Positions 60,222 through 64,000 of a stretch of 64,000 nt of DNA are shown piece by piece. A program made the translations under genes and the position numbers. The DNA is from an uncultured Aquiluna sp. GTDB taxonomy: Bacteria; Actinomycetota; Actinomycetes; Actinomycetales; Microbacteriaceae. The first letter of the stretch is position 1. Each line of letters begins with the position of its first letter. The stretch covers positions 930,001-994,000 of the forward strand of contig CAJYLB010000001.1 in assembly GCA_913775595.1 (NCBI GenBank). The letters run 5' to 3'. The notes beneath the pieces are model-generated. The model saw only the letters and a list, made by a program, of their open reading frames with translations, was not told where the DNA came from and did not search any database.

Positions 60222-61493
60222 CTACCTATCCTCTTCCGGCACAACTATCACCGAGATTGGGCCTGTGGGAGGAGCGGCTGCGTTGAGCTCATTGCGGCGA
60301 GCTCGTTTGGCCCACTGATCGGCGATGATGCCAGAGATAACGGCCAGAATGACGGGAAAGAAAAAGGCCGCGGAGAGCCCGACACCCTCAACTAGCGCAC
60401 CCATGCCGGCCTTAGCGCCAATTGCCACAGAAGAGTTAAAAAGGCTTAGCCTGCTGACCGCCCATGAGGTCGATACCCCTGGGATGTGTCCACCCGCTGA
60501 AAAGAACGCCGGAGAGGCTGGGGCCAGTCCCAGACCTGCCAGTCCCCACAAAACAGATGCCGTAACCAGTCCCAAAATGGTGTTAAAGCTGCTCACTGCC
60601 CCTGCGCTGAGCGCAGCGATTGCCAAGGCACCTGCCGCTAGGAATGCTCCTCTCGAGGCCAGGTAGTGCGGGTGGTATTTCTCGGCAAGCCTGGTCATTG
60701 AGAGCCTGCCCACGATCATGCCAACCATGAAGACCCCAAAGGGAATCGAGCGAAGTGCCACGTCAACACTCAAGACATCTCTGGCAAAGACGGCTGCCCA
60801 GTCAATGACCGCAACCTCGGGGTAGATTGCTGCAAAAAGGCCGATCGCCAAGAACCAAAGCTGCGAAGGCATCTGGTAGAACCTGCGCTTCACCACCCCC
60901 GCCTTCTCCTCAACGTGGCCGTCCTCCTCGGGGCTAAGTAGCCAGCGCAGCGTGAACTCAAAGATGATGACGGTGACAATTGCAACCAGGATCAGAAACA
61001 GCTCAAGGTTCAGAAAGGTTGTCGAGATCGCGCCTGTGATTGCCGCACCCACCGCACCCAAAGACCACCCGGCATGCATGCGCCCGATGATGTTGATGCT
61101 TATCTGCTTCTGCAGCAGCACCGCATGCGAATTCACGCTCACTCCCAATAGCGACATCGAGAAGTTGAAGAAGATGTTGATGAGCATCCAGAGCGCCGGA
61201 TCGTTTGTCCAACCAAGGAGTATTAAGAAGAACATGCCGGCGTAGTTTGCGATTCGAATTACCGGCCTGGAACCGAAGCGCATCATCAACCTGGATGCGA
61301 ATAGGAGCGGGGTTATCGAACCTATGACGCTGAAGCCGATGATTGTGCCCCAGGTGGCAAATGAGACTCCCAGTCTGTCGATGTATTCGGGGACCCATGC
61401 CACGGATGCGAGGGCGCCGTGGCCCATCAGTACAAATGTTGCGAGTAAGCCAATTTGGGCCTTGCGAAGCCTAGTTCCAGGCAACCTCTGCAA
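60222..61493 (-). CDS. MFS transporter
   Basis: About 12 TM segments; RMHAGWSLGA, EVAVIDWA, GMIVGRL. Confidence 0.8.
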   Translation of the reverse strand: MQRLPGTRLRKAQIGLLATFVLMGHGALASVAWVPEYIDRLGVSFATWGTIIGFSVIGSITPLLFASRLMMRFGSRPVIRIANYAGMFFLILLGWTNDPALWMLINIFFNFSMSLLGVSVNSHAVLLQKQISINIIGRMHAGWSLGAVGAAITGAISTTFLNLELFLILVAIVTVIIFEFTLRWLLSPEEDGHVEEKAGVVKRRFYQMPSQLWFLAIGLFAAIYPEVAVIDWAAVFARDVLSVDVALRSIPFGVFMVGMIVGRLSMTRLAEKYHPHYLASRGAFLAAGALAIAALSAGAVSSFNTILGLVTASVLWGLAGLGLAPASPAFFSAGGHIPGVSTSWAVSRLSLFNSSVAIGAKAGMGALVEGVGLSAAFFFPVILAVISGIIADQWAKRARRNELNAAAPPTGPISVIVVPEEDR

Positions 61494-62846
61494 TTAGCGT
61501 CCTTTTGAAATGTCGAGCATCTGAGCACGATTATGTAGCTTTAGTCGCTCCCTGCCACTCAGCTGGCCAAGGCGTTTTTCTTCGCCGTCAACTTTCAACC
61601 AACCCGGCCACTCCATGAAGTCAATGCCTCGAGAGGAAAGGGTCTCCTCGATTGCGCTTTCCTCCGGTTTTGCTGGCTGCCACCACGAATCTTTGTCGGC
61701 AATTAGGTGGCCAATGGTCTCAATGGCATCAGCTTTGGTGTGGCCAATGAGCCCAACCGGACCGCGCTTAATCCAACCCGTGCAGTAAACACCAGGAATG
61801 TGGCTACCACTGGCGTCTAGCACTCGCCCCTCGGCATTTGCAATGACACCCTCGGCATCATCGAACGGAATGCCATCAAGCTCGCTACCGAAGTAGCCGA
61901 CCGCTCGATAAACCGCCTGAACCGGGAACTCTCGAACTTCGCCGGTTCCCTTTACCCGTCCTGTGCCGTCAAGCTCAGTGCGCTCCAGCCTGATTGCCGA
62001 AACCTTCCCGTCGGTACCCAAAATCTCCTGAGGAGATGAGAAGAAGTGGAGGTGCAGCCTGCGTTCCTGAGGCTCCGCTGGATTCTCGCGCAGGTCCTCC
62101 AGGGTCTTGACCATCACGCGAATCTGGTTGTTCGAGTCGATGGCCTCCTGAGAGCCCTCGTCATACTTGAAGTCCTCGTCATAGACGATTGCCTGCACGC
62201 CTTCAACGTGAAGAGCTTCCCTGAGTTCAAGCGGGGAGAACTTCACCTGCGCCGGGCCCCTTCGGCCAAACACGTGGACATCTGTGACCGGAGATGCCTT
62301 CAGGCCCTCATAGACGTGGTCTGGGATGTCAGTGGACAAAAGATCATCTGGTCGCTTCACCAAAATCCTCGCGACATCGAGAGCGACGTTGCCATTTCCG
62401 ATCACTGCGACCTCTTTGGCCTCGAGAGGCCACTCAAGAGGAAAGTCAGGGTGTGCGTCATACCAGTTCACAAATTCGGCAGCCCCAAAGCTGCCCTCAA
62501 GGTCGGCCCCTGGAATGTTTAGATCAGCATCCTTGATGGCGCCGGTTGCAAAGATCACTGCGTTGTAGTGCTGCTTGAGGTCATCAAGGGTGATGTCGAC
62601 ACCGTACTTCACGTTGCCAAAGAAGCGGATGTCTCCGCGATCTAGCACCTCGAAGAGGGCCCTGATGATGCCCTTGATTCTCGGGTGGTCTGGCGCAACG
62701 CCGTATCGGACAAGACCGTAAGGGGCTGGAAGCAGGTCAAAGAGGTCAATTGAGACGTCAAAGTCGCGCTCGGCCTTCAAGATAAGGTCCGATGCATAAA
62801 TACCGGCAGGACCAGCACCAATAACTGCAAGACGAAGCTTGGACAT
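61494..62846 (-). CDS. Ferredoxin-NADP+ reductase (FprA/adrenodoxin reductase-like)
   Basis: IGAGPAG, PYGLVRYGVAPDH, GNGNVALDVAR, GRRGP, GWIKRGPVG. Confidence 0.9.
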   Translation of the reverse strand: MSKLRLAVIGAGPAGIYASDLILKAERDFDVSIDLFDLLPAPYGLVRYGVAPDHPRIKGIIRALFEVLDRGDIRFFGNVKYGVDITLDDLKQHYNAVIFATGAIKDADLNIPGADLEGSFGAAEFVNWYDAHPDFPLEWPLEAKEVAVIGNGNVALDVARILVKRPDDLLSTDIPDHVYEGLKASPVTDVHVFGRRGPAQVKFSPLELREALHVEGVQAIVYDEDFKYDEGSQEAIDSNNQIRVMVKTLEDLRENPAEPQERRLHLHFFSSPQEILGTDGKVSAIRLERTELDGTGRVKGTGEVREFPVQAVYRAVGYFGSELDGIPFDDAEGVIANAEGRVLDASGSHIPGVYCTGWIKRGPVGLIGHTKADAIETIGHLIADKDSWWQPAKPEESAIEETLSSRGIDFMEWPGWLKVDGEEKRLGQLSGRERLKLHNRAQMLDISKGR

Positions 62847-62861
62847 TTTCTCTTTCTAAAA

Positions 62862-63851
62862 CTAACCTTTGCGGTCAACCACAGCCCGGGCAAAAGCCTC
62901 AAGCGCGGACTTCACGCTACCACTCGGGAGTGCCTGGAGCGCATCGATGGCCATCTCTGCCCAGCTGTCAGTGACCTCTTCCGCCTCTGCGATAACCGGA
63001 TGGTTTCGAAGTCGCTCAAGAACAGATGCAATATTTGCCTCGCTTGCTGAAGCAATATCTGCCGCCAGTTGCTTGGATTCGGCATCCTCATAACCTGAGA
63101 GAAGCAGGGCGGGAAGTGTTGGCACCCCGGCAAGAATGTCGGTTCCGGCCACCTTGCCAGAGTCTTTCTTTGATGCCCTGATATCGATCAGGTCATCGGC
63201 CAACTGGAACGCAATACCCACTCGCTCGCCATATAGCTGCAATGACTCCTGGAAAGATTCGTCGGCTCCTGATAACAGGGCACCCATGCGGGCAGAGAGC
63301 GCAATTAGGGAACCGGTCTTGTCCCGAACCACATCGAGGTAGTGCTGAAGCGGGTCTGCCTCCCCCGGTCCAATGGTCTCGTGGAGCTGACCTAAGACAA
63401 GTTGCTCAAAAACCTTTGCCTGTAGCTGCAAAGCATCAGTCCCAAGGTGGCTAACGATGTTCGCAGCCCTGGCGAAAAGTAGGTCTCCGGTAAGAATGGC
63501 AATGCTGTTCCCCCAGACCACGTGAGCCGCATCTACCCCGCGACGAGTAGATGCCTCGTCCATGACGTCATCGTGATAGAGCGTCGCCAGGTGAGTGACC
63601 TCCATGACCACGGCCGCATCCATGACCTCTGAGTTAGTTCCGGACCCTAGGTGTGATGTGAGGAGCACCAAAAGAGGCCTAAGTCGCTTGCCCCCAGCCT
63701 GTGCGAGGTGGTTAGACATCGTGTCCACGACACTGTCGGTTTGAGCTGTAGCCTCCTGAATTCTGTTCTCCACGACCTTCAGGTCGCTCTCGATTTGCTT
63801 GAGGAGTTTTGCGTCGCCAAGCTTTTGGAACTGCGGAGGTAGGAGAGCCAT
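62862..63851 (-). CDS. Polyprenyl (heptaprenyl-type) diphosphate synthase
   Basis: GGKRLRP, LYHDDVMD..RRG, KTGSL, FQLADDLID. Confidence 0.92.
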   Translation of the reverse strand: MALLPPQFQKLGDAKLLKQIESDLKVVENRIQEATAQTDSVVDTMSNHLAQAGGKRLRPLLVLLTSHLGSGTNSEVMDAAVVMEVTHLATLYHDDVMDEASTRRGVDAAHVVWGNSIAILTGDLLFARAANIVSHLGTDALQLQAKVFEQLVLGQLHETIGPGEADPLQHYLDVVRDKTGSLIALSARMGALLSGADESFQESLQLYGERVGIAFQLADDLIDIRASKKDSGKVAGTDILAGVPTLPALLLSGYEDAESKQLAADIASASEANIASVLERLRNHPVIAEAEEVTDSWAEMAIDALQALPSGSVKSALEAFARAVVDRKG

Positions 63852-64000
63852 CAGTTTCTAAACCCAGTGTGGATGGCAACAATTCCAAAGGTCAGGTTTC
63901 GATATGAGACCTGGTCGAAACCAGCCGCCTCAATGTCCCTGGCAAGCTCATCTTGGTCTGGCCAAGCCTCAATTGAATCTGCCAGATAGCTATAGGCGGC
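63851..64000 (-). CDS. menG: Demethylmenaquinone methyltransferase, C-terminal part (5' end outside window)
   Basis: Hand translation [54 protein letters not shown] overlap with the prenyltransferase start. Confidence 0.85.
   Translation of the reverse strand, partial: AAYSYLADSIEAWPDQDELARDIEAAGFDQVSYRNLTFGIVAIHTGFRN

Overview
A 64-kb piece of a compact actinobacterial chromosome. Gene content and order suggest Microbacteriaceae, and the streamlining suggests an Aquiluna/Rhodoluna-like freshwater lineage (inference). Most of it is core genome: aspA (partial), gndA, nrdHIEF, rplJL, secE-nusG-rplKA, aspC, murB, a hadAB-like pair, four tRNAs (Trp, Met, Thr, Tyr), yajQ, manA, an fprA-like reductase, a polyprenyl synthase and menG (partial). 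Accessory content includes a LacI-regulated maltodextrin ABC/GH13 cluster, a 3994-aa modular surface protein, a stand-alone TM0106-type nuclease and a two-component pair. No integrase, transposase or CRISPR array was seen. The most notable signals lie outside the ORF track. (1) A leaderless 29-aa ORF ending MAMCMCMRMCR sits in front of an orphan OmpR-type winged-helix regulator and is a candidate Cys/Met-sensing attenuator. (2) A 15-aa peptide, MDCNCGKDSCNCGKH, with a strong Shine-Dalgarno site lies inside the nrdHIEF transcript next to zupT. (3) The rplJ promoter and L10 leader start inside the helicase CDS. (4) A closed, structured 130-nt RNA leader precedes tRNA-Trp. (5) A 22-bp bidirectional leaderless promoter drives two divergent genes.
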